This document shows positions 37,298-47,517 of a stretch of 64,000 nucleotides of DNA, in pieces. The stretch lies in the sequence record MK774614.2, one strand, 5' to 3'. The notes beneath the pieces were generated by a model. That model was given only the letters and a program-made list of their open reading frames with translations, did no database searches and was not told where the DNA came from. Both the position numbers and the translations under genes were made by a program. Position 1 is the stretch's first letter. Every line of letters starts with the position of its first letter.

Positions 37298-39580
37298 ATG
37301 AGTTCAACAGGCAATCCTATCGGTCAACCCGATCCACGGGATACGTATTTAAACGCGAGCAACTTAGATAAAGCATTAAATGGTGAAGCTGAAACTTGGC
37401 GAGACCGTTTTGGAGTCACACGGGTCAGCTGGGCCGGTGTAGAAAAGATTTTATTAAACTCCCCTAATGTAAACATTGAAGACCCAAGATTTGGTGGATT
37501 GGGTAAAGGTAAAGATTTAGATGTTTTAACTGCGGCAGTTAATTTTGCCAATAACTCTGGCCAAAATTTGGTTCTAGGGAGCGGAAATAAATTAAAGTTA
37601 GTTGGTGGAACCACGATTATTATTAAAGTTAGTTGTGATTTTAACAACTGCGAGATTGACCTCAGTGAGTTTTCTGGTAAACTAAAATTCACTGACGGGG
37701 TAGAGTGGGTCAATTATTCTTCTACTCATGCGGTGGTTACAAAACTAAATAGTGCAGGTACATTAGCCGGAAACGTAATAAAACCTTGGTCTGATGTTTC
37801 TGAAGTGGAGAATAGCTTTGTAAGATTTAACACGGATCAGGATTTTTATAGTTATCGGGGCGCTCCTAAAAAACGTGTGGAATTAAACGCCCACACACGT
37901 TATGGTCAATTGGATAGCGAATTCACTTACCCATTATTGGGAACACGTGTAATCTCGGTGGATGTTAAAAAGTTTCCAAATAAGCTTACCATTGTCCGTA
38001 ATTTAAATTTTAATTTAGGTTCCAATGACCTTACTGGCGATTTTATTAGCATTTCTGGTTCTTTGATGACATTAGAAAATGTCACATTTAACCAAAATAA
38101 CTTTAAGAACCTTCTAACCAACCAAACGTGGTTAATGTTGGATTCTTGTGCATATATTAGGTTAAGGAATATCCGATTTATCTGGGCACCCCATAGCGGA
38201 GCAACAACCGGGTATACCTATAATCTTTCTATGCAAAATTGTTATAATGTTCAATTTGAAAATGTTAAAGGCTCTGGAGATGGCTGGGGAGCAACTGGCA
38301 GTAATCTTTGTCGAATCATTAAATTTGATAATTGCCACCTATCAAGGATCGATTTCCATCAACCCTTTTCTGAATTAATGCAAATTAGTAATTCAAAAAT
38401 TGGGAGCTGGGGAGTTTTGGTTACCGCGACTGGCGACCTGATTATTGAAAATACCGAATTTTTATTTTCCAACAACGTCAATGTCAATAATAGTGGATTC
38501 ATACGAAGTCGCGGGGATACTGGTGGTTTTTGTGATGGGGAGGTTAGACTAACTGGCTGTAGCTTTAAACGTGATAGTGCCGCCTACACCTACCTTTTTC
38601 AACATCTTGCAGAAGACCAGCCGAAACCTGCTGAAAGCCCTATCACTTATAGTTTCTGGAGAAGTATCACCATGGATAATTGTGATACCAACACTAAACT
38701 TGTGATAGCGCCTAAGATAATGCCGACACCCGACATTCGTTATCCGGTTAAAATGTCATTTTCTAATTTATCTAAAGGCGACTTCTTCTTTAACGTCGAT
38801 CCGGACATGGGTTTACTGAACCCCGCTTTTGGTGGCGATATTCCAGTAAACTTTCCACTTAAGAAAAGTTTTAATTGTCAAATTGCGTTTGATACTGTCA
38901 ATTTAAAACGTCTTTCTATTGTTGAACGAGGGACCAGTAAGTTTAACTTTAAACTTAGCTTAAACAACATCCTTTCGGTCACAGATGACCCATTTTGCCC
39001 GGTGGAATTGCTATGTGCCGGCGTTGTCGATATTACAAACTCTTTAATCGAGGGGATCGACTTTTATAGTGGTGGATCTTTAGACAAGAAGATCTACATC
39101 TCCGTGGTGGGTGGAGTCATTAAACATACTGGGTTTGAAAACCCCCAAGTGTTTAACGGCAAAAATAGTTATGCCAATGTTTCTATAACAAATACCTTCC
39201 TCTACACCACCGCGGACTATCGTTATTTTTTCATGGCAAAATTAAATAACGTGATGTGGGGAATTGGAGATTATTCTGATGACGGCTGCGCTGTATTAAC
39301 GTGGGGAAATTCTGACGTCATTACCGCTCCAATTTCCGGATCATTTTTTAGTAGTTTTAACCGAAAAAACCAGGTAATCCTCGTTTCTGGATTTGATTCT
39401 GATAAAACAAGAAAAGAAACCCCTTGTTTTATTCCGGCACCTGGATGCAATGTGGTAGTTCCGATCACAGCGACAAAAACAATAACACTTTCTTTATCTG
39501 CTGATGGTCAATCTCTCACAGCGACACCATCTGTTTATAGTGATAAAGAAGCAACTCCAAGGGCAATTAACTTCTATTAA
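37298..39580 (+). CDS. Tailspike / putative polysaccharide depolymerase 1
   Basis: Anchor GNPIGQPDPRDTYLNASNLDKALNG..WRDRFG..RVSW, beta-helix entry (PRFGGLGKGKDLDVLTAAVNFA), Asn/Ile/Val-rich solenoid body. Confidence 0.8.
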   Translation: MSSTGNPIGQPDPRDTYLNASNLDKALNGEAETWRDRFGVTRVSWAGVEKILLNSPNVNIEDPRFGGLGKGKDLDVLTAAVNFANNSGQNLVLGSGNKLKLVGGTTIIIKVSCDFNNCEIDLSEFSGKLKFTDGVEWVNYSSTHAVVTKLNSAGTLAGNVIKPWSDVSEVENSFVRFNTDQDFYSYRGAPKKRVELNAHTRYGQLDSEFTYPLLGTRVISVDVKKFPNKLTIVRNLNFNLGSNDLTGDFISISGSLMTLENVTFNQNNFKNLLTNQTWLMLDSCAYIRLRNIRFIWAPHSGATTGYTYNLSMQNCYNVQFENVKGSGDGWGATGSNLCRIIKFDNCHLSRIDFHQPFSELMQISNSKIGSWGVLVTATGDLIIENTEFLFSNNVNVNNSGFIRSRGDTGGFCDGEVRLTGCSFKRDSAAYTYLFQHLAEDQPKPAESPITYSFWRSITMDNCDTNTKLVIAPKIMPTPDIRYPVKMSFSNLSKGDFFFNVDPDMGLLNPAFGGDIPVNFPLKKSFNCQIAFDTVNLKRLSIVERGTSKFNFKLSLNNILSVTDDPFCPVELLCAGVVDITNSLIEGIDFYSGGSLDKKIYISVVGGVIKHTGFENPQVFNGKNSYANVSITNTFLYTTADYRYFFMAKLNNVMWGIGDYSDDGCAVLTWGNSDVITAPISGSFFSSFNRKNQVILVSGFDSDKTRKETPCFIPAPGCNVVVPITATKTITLSLSADGQSLTATPSVYSDKEATPRAINFY

Positions 39581-39582
39581 GC

Positions 39583-39619
39583 ATTATGTATCGCGTGACT
39601 GAGTCACGCGATACATAAT
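39583..39619. repeat. 18-bp perfect inverted repeat with 1-nt centre
   Basis: attatgtatcgcgtgact-g-agtcacgcgatacataat, between the tailspike genes. Confidence 0.85.
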
Positions 39620-39684
39620 TTATAAAAGAATTGGATCATTTGTAGCATCGATAAAGTATAGCAAACACGACAGGAGTTTTGAAT

Positions 39685-41988
39685 ATGAGTAGTAATAATC
39701 CCTTAGGGAGTACGAGTGTTTCTGATATGTTCTTAAACGCTGGTAACTTAGATAAAGCACTTAATGGAAATCAAGATAGTTGGATTGATCGATTTGGTGT
39801 AGAACGTGTAAGTTGGAGCTACATTGAGAAAGTAACGAAGACAGGGGAATTGTCAAAACAAGCTCGTGAAGCGCTGCGGAGAAGTTACGCAGAAGCTGGG
39901 TTGAATATGGTTGACGGGAGCTTTGAGAAAGGCGGGATTCTCGTTAATGCGAATGATGTGTTGCTACATGAAGCTACCGGGAAATGTTATTCTGGGAATG
40001 CTGGAACAGTGGCTCCTGGAACGTTACCCACTGCAGGTGGGTTTCAATCCAGGGACGAATACATTAGTTTTTACATCACACCTGAAATGTATGGCGCAAG
40101 GGGACTTCCGTATGACGACACAACTGCGTTAAGGGACGCAATGCAAGCTGCCGTCGATATAAATAAACCGCTCTTGTTATTAAAAAGTTATGGACACAAG
40201 GGCCAAGTAACAGCTATGCCCAAAAAACATGGTGACCGTTTGGTCATTTATGGAAACGGAAACACATTACAAAGGCTGGAGTGGTCAAATACAGATTGGT
40301 GGGGCATCTGTTTTTACCGCAATTGGCATGACACAACGCCTTTGTACAAAAATACAAGTTTCATAGTTAGAGATTTGAACGTAGATTGTGGATTTAATGA
40401 GAGTAATTTTAATTGGGATGCACCTACATCGGCAAAACCCGGTGTTTCCACGGCCTCGATGGCCACCGCTGCCGAAAACGTTGTAATGCATAACGTTCAA
40501 ATCTCAAACAGCCAGCGCTACGGACTGGCTTGCATATGGCCAAAATTTGTAGAAATAAAGAATTTCAGAACAGTCAACCTCGGTGGGAAAGCCTATGAAT
40601 CCGGGGACCATGACTCGTATTCAGATCCTCTTTTGCTTAGAATGATCCAAGGTGGCGGGAAAATAGATATTGATGGGTTTAATGCAGTTGGTATCGGATA
40701 CCCAACATCTCCTATGAGTAGGATTGGAATATCCGCTCAAGATTGCACAGGAACATTTACCTTCTCTTTACGAGATGCTGAAATATTTGGTTTTGAAAGA
40801 ACGCTTCATTTTGAACATATGGATTATTACTACACCGTTAATATTGATGCACTGGACTCCAAAGGGACTTTTTGTGGTGTCCATGTGACAAGAGGTGCTG
40901 GGACAATTAATGTACAACCGAGCATAAATATTGAAAATTCTCAAATAACTGTTTGTAAAAATACATTTTACAAACCTGGAATGTTTGAATTTTCAGAAGC
41001 AATTGCCGGATGGGTAAGGGATGCTAGAAGGTCTGATGAAGATGCTAGTTTGGGCGCTGTGTTTAATATTAGTAACACTAAATTAAACATCGGTGCAGGT
41101 CTGGACGGTATCGTTTATCCAGTTCCATGGGGTGGAAACGTCAATCTCTCTAACTGTAAGATTAACTATAATAATACCAATTCTGTAAAACAGAGCGGTT
41201 ACACCCGTATTGAAAATTCGGTTATAACTGGGTTGGGAACAAGTGGAGAATATTTCTTTCCATGGAATCCAACCACTCACCAAGTAACTATTGAACTAGA
41301 TAATTGTTGGCTTGAACTATCGCCGTTGGCGGATAAAACTAAGTCTGCAAAATTTCATCATAGTTTTGGATTAGTCAAAGGACCCTACGATAACGTTAAA
41401 AATTGTAAAATTAGGGGTCATATCAAACTCCCCATTAATGAAAGCGTTGATAGTGGAAACCATTTTTTGTTCTTAGCTAACAACGACCTTGATGCTGCAT
41501 CTCAAGTGGGATCCCTCTCCTTGACAACAGAAAATACCGGGGAATTCCCTCCCAGGGGGTGTGTAGCACAAGTGGGGTCTGAGGTAATCCCCGCGAGTAA
41601 AACAGCAAATAATTTTGTAAAGGGAGGATACGTTGTTGCAAGCGCCGGATTAAAACTAAGGGATATCATGACCGGTCTAAGAACTGGGATATACACCCTT
41701 GTTGTGCGTCCAACAACCGGGTCTAGTTCTATCGCTATGGCGGTAGTCTCCCCTATGGATCCAGGGTATGGTAAATGTCTTCAAGTTATTAAAGTGTTAT
41801 CCCCTACCGTATTTTCTTCTTTGACCCCAGAGAGATTCGGGAGGGATCAAACTCTGGATGGATTAAAAATAGAATTTGATACAACAAATATCCTTTGGTA
41901 TAAAAATCCAACTGACGGAACAAACGTCGTTAATATTGCCTGGGGACTTTATGCCGGTAATATCTCAGCTGATATATACAAAGGGTAA
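39685..41988 (+). CDS. Tailspike / putative polysaccharide depolymerase 2
   Basis: Same anchor (NNPLGSTSVSDMFLNAGNLDKALNG..WIDRFG..RVSW), then a TSP1/Gp66-type N-domain (AREALRRSYAEAGLNMVDGSFEKGG), then a pectate-lyase-3-like entry ITPEMYGARG.YDDTTAL. Start 39685 (AGGAG RBS) or 39679. Confidence 0.85.
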   Translation: MSSNNPLGSTSVSDMFLNAGNLDKALNGNQDSWIDRFGVERVSWSYIEKVTKTGELSKQAREALRRSYAEAGLNMVDGSFEKGGILVNANDVLLHEATGKCYSGNAGTVAPGTLPTAGGFQSRDEYISFYITPEMYGARGLPYDDTTALRDAMQAAVDINKPLLLLKSYGHKGQVTAMPKKHGDRLVIYGNGNTLQRLEWSNTDWWGICFYRNWHDTTPLYKNTSFIVRDLNVDCGFNESNFNWDAPTSAKPGVSTASMATAAENVVMHNVQISNSQRYGLACIWPKFVEIKNFRTVNLGGKAYESGDHDSYSDPLLLRMIQGGGKIDIDGFNAVGIGYPTSPMSRIGISAQDCTGTFTFSLRDAEIFGFERTLHFEHMDYYYTVNIDALDSKGTFCGVHVTRGAGTINVQPSINIENSQITVCKNTFYKPGMFEFSEAIAGWVRDARRSDEDASLGAVFNISNTKLNIGAGLDGIVYPVPWGGNVNLSNCKINYNNTNSVKQSGYTRIENSVITGLGTSGEYFFPWNPTTHQVTIELDNCWLELSPLADKTKSAKFHHSFGLVKGPYDNVKNCKIRGHIKLPINESVDSGNHFLFLANNDLDAASQVGSLSLTTENTGEFPPRGCVAQVGSEVIPASKTANNFVKGGYVVASAGLKLRDIMTGLRTGIYTLVVRPTTGSSSIAMAVVSPMDPGYGKCLQVIKVLSPTVFSSLTPERFGRDQTLDGLKIEFDTTNILWYKNPTDGTNVVNIAWGLYAGNISADIYKG

Positions 41989-42019
41989 ACTGGCAACTTG
42001 ACATAAAGTATTTTGTATT

Positions 42020-42056
42020 AAATCCTCCTTCTCTCGAATCGAGAGAAGGAGGATTA
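42020..42056. terminator. Bidirectional intrinsic terminator
   Basis: 17-bp perfect stem between convergent genes. Confidence 0.8.
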
Positions 42057-42059
42057 CTT

Positions 42060-45000
42060 TTAATTTCTGTTCATATCAACCAATAGTTTTACATTCCAAC
42101 TGACTTCTTTTGTGTTATTATTTTCAGAAGTAATTAAATCAAACAAGATCTCTCCCTTTCCTACCATCCCTGCGGAAATCACTTCCAACCTATAATTTCC
42201 CCCATTATCTACTATCTGAATATTGTTCACCTCATTAAAATAATCCGTATCAAATACCAGATTTTCAATACGTTTCATAATAACTGGAGAATTAAAATTA
42301 TTCAGTTTATCTTGGAAGAGTTTAAAGTTAATCACAGACTGAATGTTATTAACGGCAATACCAGAATTCAGCATTGTAACATTAATCACAGCTGGTTCTA
42401 CAACGATATCAGGAACAATTACAGTTACGATTTCACCACCTACTCTGACTTTCAAGGATACTAATCCCATCCCGCCAAAGTGGTTTGTGGTAATCTTAAA
42501 CTCGTAATTTCCTAATGTAGCTGGACCACGACGTTCCACCATATTGTTACGATAACTTTGGATCGGGCCTAACATATCAACCTGATTGCCAAAGATAACA
42601 CTTTCCAATACAACACCGAGTAATGGATCACCATCTGGGTCGGTCAGATTCATTAATATTGCTTGATCGGAAACCACAGGTTTAATGGGGTTAGTTAACA
42701 CTATACCACTAGTGGTTGTGAATCGATCACGTTTGAGTTCGATCACTGCTTCTTTGGTTCGGGTTTGTGTTTTCCCTTCCTCGTCCACAAATGACATTTC
42801 AACAATTAATTCATAATGGATATTTCCGCCCATTGGAACGTTGTCGATCAAACTGATGAAGTTAAACCCGATAGCTGTTCTCTCCCCAATGCTGATTACA
42901 CCTTGCGCGATCCCTACCGGAGTAACGTCCAATCGAACCCTTGGGTCATTAATCGGAATGTTTGCGCCTTTATAAGTGATCTGACAAAGCACTTCCCCAG
43001 GTAGCAAAGGTTTTGCGGTCGTGATCCCAGGAACCACGAAGAAGAGTTCTTCACCCGCTTCAATATTAGCAGTTAACCCAACACTTATTCCCTCGAGAGG
43101 ATCAGTGTCATCTCCCAAACTAAAAACCAAGTCCCCTGAGTAATTTCCTTGTGTATGAAGCTGATAACTCGCCTCTACAAATTCAGGATTTCTTACACTG
43201 ATCGGATTAAAACTCAGCTGAGGTGGTATCGCACTTTGTTCCGATATAAACTGAACGGCTGCGTTAGCAAACTGATCTTCATTAAAGAACGAGTATCTCG
43301 TTATGCCACCATCTCCCGCTTTTCCTTTTAACAAAACCGCATTTGGAATAACACCTAATTCACCACCTTGCCAAGCATTGACCGTAAATGCTTTAATTCC
43401 CTTTACAGTTCGAACTCCATTATCAATGTTTAACGAAACAGTGAATTCCACAGAACTGGTTTGTTCCGTATCACCAGTATCCAATACTTGCCATTCCCCA
43501 AACGGGCGTTCCGCGAACAGGGTTTTTCTAACAAATCCATTTGGATCATTAATAGCAATATCGGTGATTTTACTGTAATCTTCTTTGCCATTAATCAGCA
43601 ATCTAAATGGGAACTTCCCACTCTCATATTTACTGGCAATAATGTTGGCTGTTGTTAACGGGATAAGTTTGATATCAGATGGGGTGATGACTGTCGGGGT
43701 AATTTGGTCTTGTCTTGTATAAACCAATCCTGTATTCTGGTCTATGTAGCGAACACTAAACACCACCGTATCAGTTTCAATTTCACCAGCACCGTTGGTT
43801 CCATTTACTAGCATATACTGGATTTTGTCTGGTGTTGTTCCGGTGAAACGGATCAACCGTCTTGTCCCTAGTTCCCCATTAGGAATATCCAGAGAGGCGG
43901 TTGGAATTACAACACCCCCTAAACTGTTAACGTAAAAGAATTCACCTAAGGTATCAACCTCGCCAGAAAATGCGCTGGGTTCTAACCGGTCATTTACCAA
44001 CACTGGGAAATTCGGATCAACAGGGTTAATGACCAAATCGACAAAGACAGATGCTGTATGAGTCACGTTTGCGCTGATATACGTAAACTGTCCCTTTACC
44101 AAATCCAGTAATTGCTGGCCTTCTTCAACAACAGGATTACACGTCCCTAAATACAATACCCCACCCCGATAAGCGCCGAAGTTATTTAAGGTCGTATTTG
44201 AAACCATGCTGGTTAAGAATGATGGCATTTGCGTAAAGTTAATTTGACTTCCATTAACAAATCCCTTTACCACTACCCCTATTTGTTTTCCACAAGGAAC
44301 GGTTACTTCTACTGGATAACCCATTAAGGTTAACTGAGAAGGGATATCGGAAACAATCCTTACTGCAATCTGAGTTTGCTTCGTAAAGAGTTCTCCCATG
44401 AATTCCACTGAGATATCAATAGTGATTGTCTCCATGGTTTCTTGGGTTTTATTCCCCCGGATAATTTTAAAGACACTTTCCAGCTTATTACCAGTTGTTG
44501 AACAATTTATCCGTTGTTGTCCAGTGGAATAATTAATTGTTGCTCTGCCAGTAACATCTTCATCACCGATCATGATTTTCAGTGCATGACGAAGTGTGTC
44601 ACCTCGTCTTCCCATCAGAGTTGGGGGAAAGTTATCCACTAACCGATCAAGGGCTAACTGTTCTATAATGTTCTCTGTCACAAAAACGTGTACAAGCTCA
44701 TCTGAGCACGTTCTGTCCTTAATCCGAACAACCCCACTGGTTAAGGTATCGGGATCGATTGTGGGTTCATCTACGCGCTCTAGGGAGAGTTCATCAAAGA
44801 AGATGTGTTTAAATAACTCATCTGTTTTCTGAAGATCTAATAGTTGGTTATTATCCAAGCAAACGCCAAAAGCGTCTCGCCAAACAAGATAAAGAACTTT
44901 ACCCTGAACATTCCCTTGTTTAAACTGATAAATAAAATCACCCATGGTATTAATTGTGAGATAGCTAACCGATTGATCAATAAAGATATCTCGCAATCTA

Positions 45001-45266
45001 ACTTGCTCTAGATTCAAATCAACACGTGCAAATTGTTTATTGCGTCTGACTAAACAAAAACGGTTAACGCCATCACTGCCATGGTCAATGTCTTCTGCAA
45101 CAAAGTCTTCTGGTTTCATTCCCTGATAACGCTCTTTTGCAAGTAGTCGTTCTGTTAGTGTTCCTTCTTTGTTGATCAGTGCTAATTGTTTATTCAAAAA
45201 CTGTTTAATCGGTGTAAAAAGTGGATCCCTGATCCAACGAGGAAACACCTTCTTTTCGATAGCCAT
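42060..45266 (-). CDS. Large beta-rich probable virion protein (1068 aa) with Ig-like-looking modules
   Basis: Alternating V/I/F strand patterns throughout. N-terminal domain paralogous to 54164-54844. AAGGA RBS. Confidence 0.6.
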   Translation of the reverse strand: MAIEKKVFPRWIRDPLFTPIKQFLNKQLALINKEGTLTERLLAKERYQGMKPEDFVAEDIDHGSDGVNRFCLVRRNKQFARVDLNLEQVRLRDIFIDQSVSYLTINTMGDFIYQFKQGNVQGKVLYLVWRDAFGVCLDNNQLLDLQKTDELFKHIFFDELSLERVDEPTIDPDTLTSGVVRIKDRTCSDELVHVFVTENIIEQLALDRLVDNFPPTLMGRRGDTLRHALKIMIGDEDVTGRATINYSTGQQRINCSTTGNKLESVFKIIRGNKTQETMETITIDISVEFMGELFTKQTQIAVRIVSDIPSQLTLMGYPVEVTVPCGKQIGVVVKGFVNGSQINFTQMPSFLTSMVSNTTLNNFGAYRGGVLYLGTCNPVVEEGQQLLDLVKGQFTYISANVTHTASVFVDLVINPVDPNFPVLVNDRLEPSAFSGEVDTLGEFFYVNSLGGVVIPTASLDIPNGELGTRRLIRFTGTTPDKIQYMLVNGTNGAGEIETDTVVFSVRYIDQNTGLVYTRQDQITPTVITPSDIKLIPLTTANIIASKYESGKFPFRLLINGKEDYSKITDIAINDPNGFVRKTLFAERPFGEWQVLDTGDTEQTSSVEFTVSLNIDNGVRTVKGIKAFTVNAWQGGELGVIPNAVLLKGKAGDGGITRYSFFNEDQFANAAVQFISEQSAIPPQLSFNPISVRNPEFVEASYQLHTQGNYSGDLVFSLGDDTDPLEGISVGLTANIEAGEELFFVVPGITTAKPLLPGEVLCQITYKGANIPINDPRVRLDVTPVGIAQGVISIGERTAIGFNFISLIDNVPMGGNIHYELIVEMSFVDEEGKTQTRTKEAVIELKRDRFTTTSGIVLTNPIKPVVSDQAILMNLTDPDGDPLLGVVLESVIFGNQVDMLGPIQSYRNNMVERRGPATLGNYEFKITTNHFGGMGLVSLKVRVGGEIVTVIVPDIVVEPAVINVTMLNSGIAVNNIQSVINFKLFQDKLNNFNSPVIMKRIENLVFDTDYFNEVNNIQIVDNGGNYRLEVISAGMVGKGEILFDLITSENNNTKEVSWNVKLLVDMNRN

Positions 45267-45457
45267 ATGAATTCCTTAAGTACCTTGGAAACGATCATAA
45301 AATCTCAATCGTAATTTATTTATTAAGTGGAATTGCTAATAAATTGTACCTAGATCTGTTCCGGCAGGAAAGGGAGGGGTTTTTGTATTTAATAATACAG
45401 GTTATGAACGAAGTGAGTAACATCCTTATTTCTTTTCTTGTTTACTCTGTTCAATAA

Positions 45458-45490
45458 TTTAAGTTCCAAAAATAATCAAGTAGATATTAT
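45458..45490 (+). promoter_or_regulatory. Phage promoter-like motif, copy 4
   Basis: tttaagttccaaaaataatcaagtagatattat, followed by a leader hairpin aagtagaa...ttctactt. Confidence 0.75.
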
Positions 45491-45552
45491 CTAAGTAGAA
45501 GAGAGGAGAAATCTTTTCTACTTATTGTTAATTCATTTAGAGAGAGTGTGAA

Positions 45553-46146
45553 ATGAAAACAATCAATGAGATAGAGAAATACTTCTATCGTGATCCAATT
45601 ACGCAGATAGACGATGTTGTAACCCAGGGAATAAGAAAAATTGTTTTTACCAAAGATGACATGGGTCGTCATGGTGGAAGGATTCCTTATGAAATATTGG
45701 AATCCTCTAAAATGTTTCTTTATACCTATTTAGATGAATCTAAAGCGGGATATAGGTTCATTTTTACCAATGTTTCTAGCAAGCTTATTACACACCAAAT
45801 CGACATTGCAAACGTTTTTGAAGAACGAGGGTTCTGGAATGTTTTAACGTTTGGTTTGGCCAATAGAACACTGAAGCAAACACTTGCAGATGTTAAGAAA
45901 TTTATCCGCAGTGATAAAAACCAGACACAAGAACCTGTTATTCAACCACAACTTGAAATCCCGGCGTCCCTAATAGGAAAAAGGGTTTGTGATGAAACGA
46001 TCTCTGAAGTTCGGGAACAATTGGATGACCACCCTAATCCTCAATACACGTTTGAACAAGTGAAACAACTGGTTACAATCATCCGGGGCGATATGGATGA
46101 CCAACTCATTAAACAACTTTTGGAGACGAACCATGTACAAAGCTGA
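45553..46146 (+). CDS. Hypothetical protein
   Basis: 197 aa, first gene after the promoter motif. C-terminal motif shared with 49572-50390. Confidence 0.65.
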   Translation: MKTINEIEKYFYRDPITQIDDVVTQGIRKIVFTKDDMGRHGGRIPYEILESSKMFLYTYLDESKAGYRFIFTNVSSKLITHQIDIANVFEERGFWNVLTFGLANRTLKQTLADVKKFIRSDKNQTQEPVIQPQLEIPASLIGKRVCDETISEVREQLDDHPNPQYTFEQVKQLVTIIRGDMDDQLIKQLLETNHVQS

Positions 46147-46573
46147 AAATATTGAAACTACGTTGGGTCCCGTGGATGTTCGTGTTGATTTGACCGCGCC
46201 CCAACAATCAGTAACCGGACAAATGCTTCATAAGTTGATGTATTTTAATACATCGCTCTATGAGCTTGCGCCTAACCCTATAGGTTGTCCCCACAGTGGC
46301 GGTGAACATAAACTGGTTATAACCGGTCCACGTCAAGAAGTGAATGCCTGGTTGGATTTGGTGGCTGAAACCTACCCGACTGTTTGCAAAATGGTTCAGT
46401 ACGTTAAACGCCATATCCATAAAGAATACCTTCATGGTGATTGGCGCAAACACAATCGCATTAATATTAAACTGAAAACTCTTCAGCACCTGGAAAAGAA
46501 AGACCATCAAGATCAACCTGTTGCGGTGAAATGGTTCCAAAGCGAACTTGAACGGTTTACAGTCAATCAATAA
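46133..46573 (+). CDS. Hypothetical protein, paralog of 46584-47018
   Basis: GGAG RBS before ATG 46133. Motif TG..LHKL...LYEL...G..QEV..WL.LVAE. Confidence 0.62.
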   Translation: MYKAENIETTLGPVDVRVDLTAPQQSVTGQMLHKLMYFNTSLYELAPNPIGCPHSGGEHKLVITGPRQEVNAWLDLVAETYPTVCKMVQYVKRHIHKEYLHGDWRKHNRINIKLKTLQHLEKKDHQDQPVAVKWFQSELERFTVNQ

Positions 46574-46583
46574 GGGAAAAGTT

Positions 46584-47018
46584 ATGGAAGTCACTGTAAA
46601 GATTGAAGGATCACTTAGCACATACACTGGTATTGGATTTCACAAGCTCCTGAATGCAATCGCTGGGATTTATGTAGAGCTTAGGGAAATTGCACCCATT
46701 GCTGCTATCGCAAGTAGACAAGGGTCTGTTGACTTTACGCTAAAGGGCTCCAAGGAAACGGTTGAAGAGTTTCTTTACCTTTTTGCTGAATACAACAAAA
46801 ACATGCTCCCGTTTGCTGATCACATTTCAGCACGCATTAAGGATGCTGAAAAGCGAGGGTGGAGTACATTGAAGGTATACACCGGCAACACACTCTGTAT
46901 GGATTTTGTTGATGGTCAATGGATACAGTGCCGAGATTGGTTTGAACGTCCTTCTGATCAACTTCGCGATGAAGAGAGCACCATCACTGGACCTTGTTCA
47001 GGTTTGTTTACTAAATAG
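46584..47018 (+). CDS. Hypothetical protein, paralog of 46133-46573
   Basis: AAGGGA RBS before ATG 46584. Motif TG..FHKL...VEL...G..ETV..FL.LFAE. Confidence 0.62.
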   Translation: MEVTVKIEGSLSTYTGIGFHKLLNAIAGIYVELREIAPIAAIASRQGSVDFTLKGSKETVEEFLYLFAEYNKNMLPFADHISARIKDAEKRGWSTLKVYTGNTLCMDFVDGQWIQCRDWFERPSDQLRDEESTITGPCSGLFTK

Positions 47019-47035
47019 TTAAGGAGTTGTAAAAA

Positions 47036-47494
47036 ATGCACCCAGTTGAAAAATCGTTTAAAGAACTCGTTGCCGACATGCAAGTATTTGCTCCCATTCA
47101 TGTTCGTGATACAATTATCGAAACACTGAAAAATATTACTCATCAAAGTTTTGGGGATAAAAACATTTTTGAAAGTTCTTTGGTTAATTTTAAAGAGCGT
47201 GTCAGGTATAAATATGAAGCGTTCCCCAATCAACTCACAGAAGAACGGTATGATGAAATGGCTGATTACCGGGGGATTTATTCAGAACTCATTTCTGGTT
47301 TATCCATCCCATTAATTTCGCCAAAATGGTCAGTAGGTAGTCGAGCAAGATTAGTAATAGCCGTTCCTGATGACCTTTATATTCCACAGATCTCAATTCA
47401 GTTCTATGTTGATAATGTAGACAAGTGGGTAACTGTCCCGTGTAAAACCAACACAGTTAAAGAAACCATTATGAACCTCTTTCCACAAGAGTAA
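47036..47494 (+). CDS. Hypothetical protein
   Basis: 152 aa, AAGGAG RBS. Confidence 0.62.
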   Translation: MHPVEKSFKELVADMQVFAPIHVRDTIIETLKNITHQSFGDKNIFESSLVNFKERVRYKYEAFPNQLTEERYDEMADYRGIYSELISGLSIPLISPKWSVGSRARLVIAVPDDLYIPQISIQFYVDNVDKWVTVPCKTNTVKETIMNLFPQE

Positions 47495-47517
47495 CTTTTA
47501 TTAATAAGGAAATAAAC

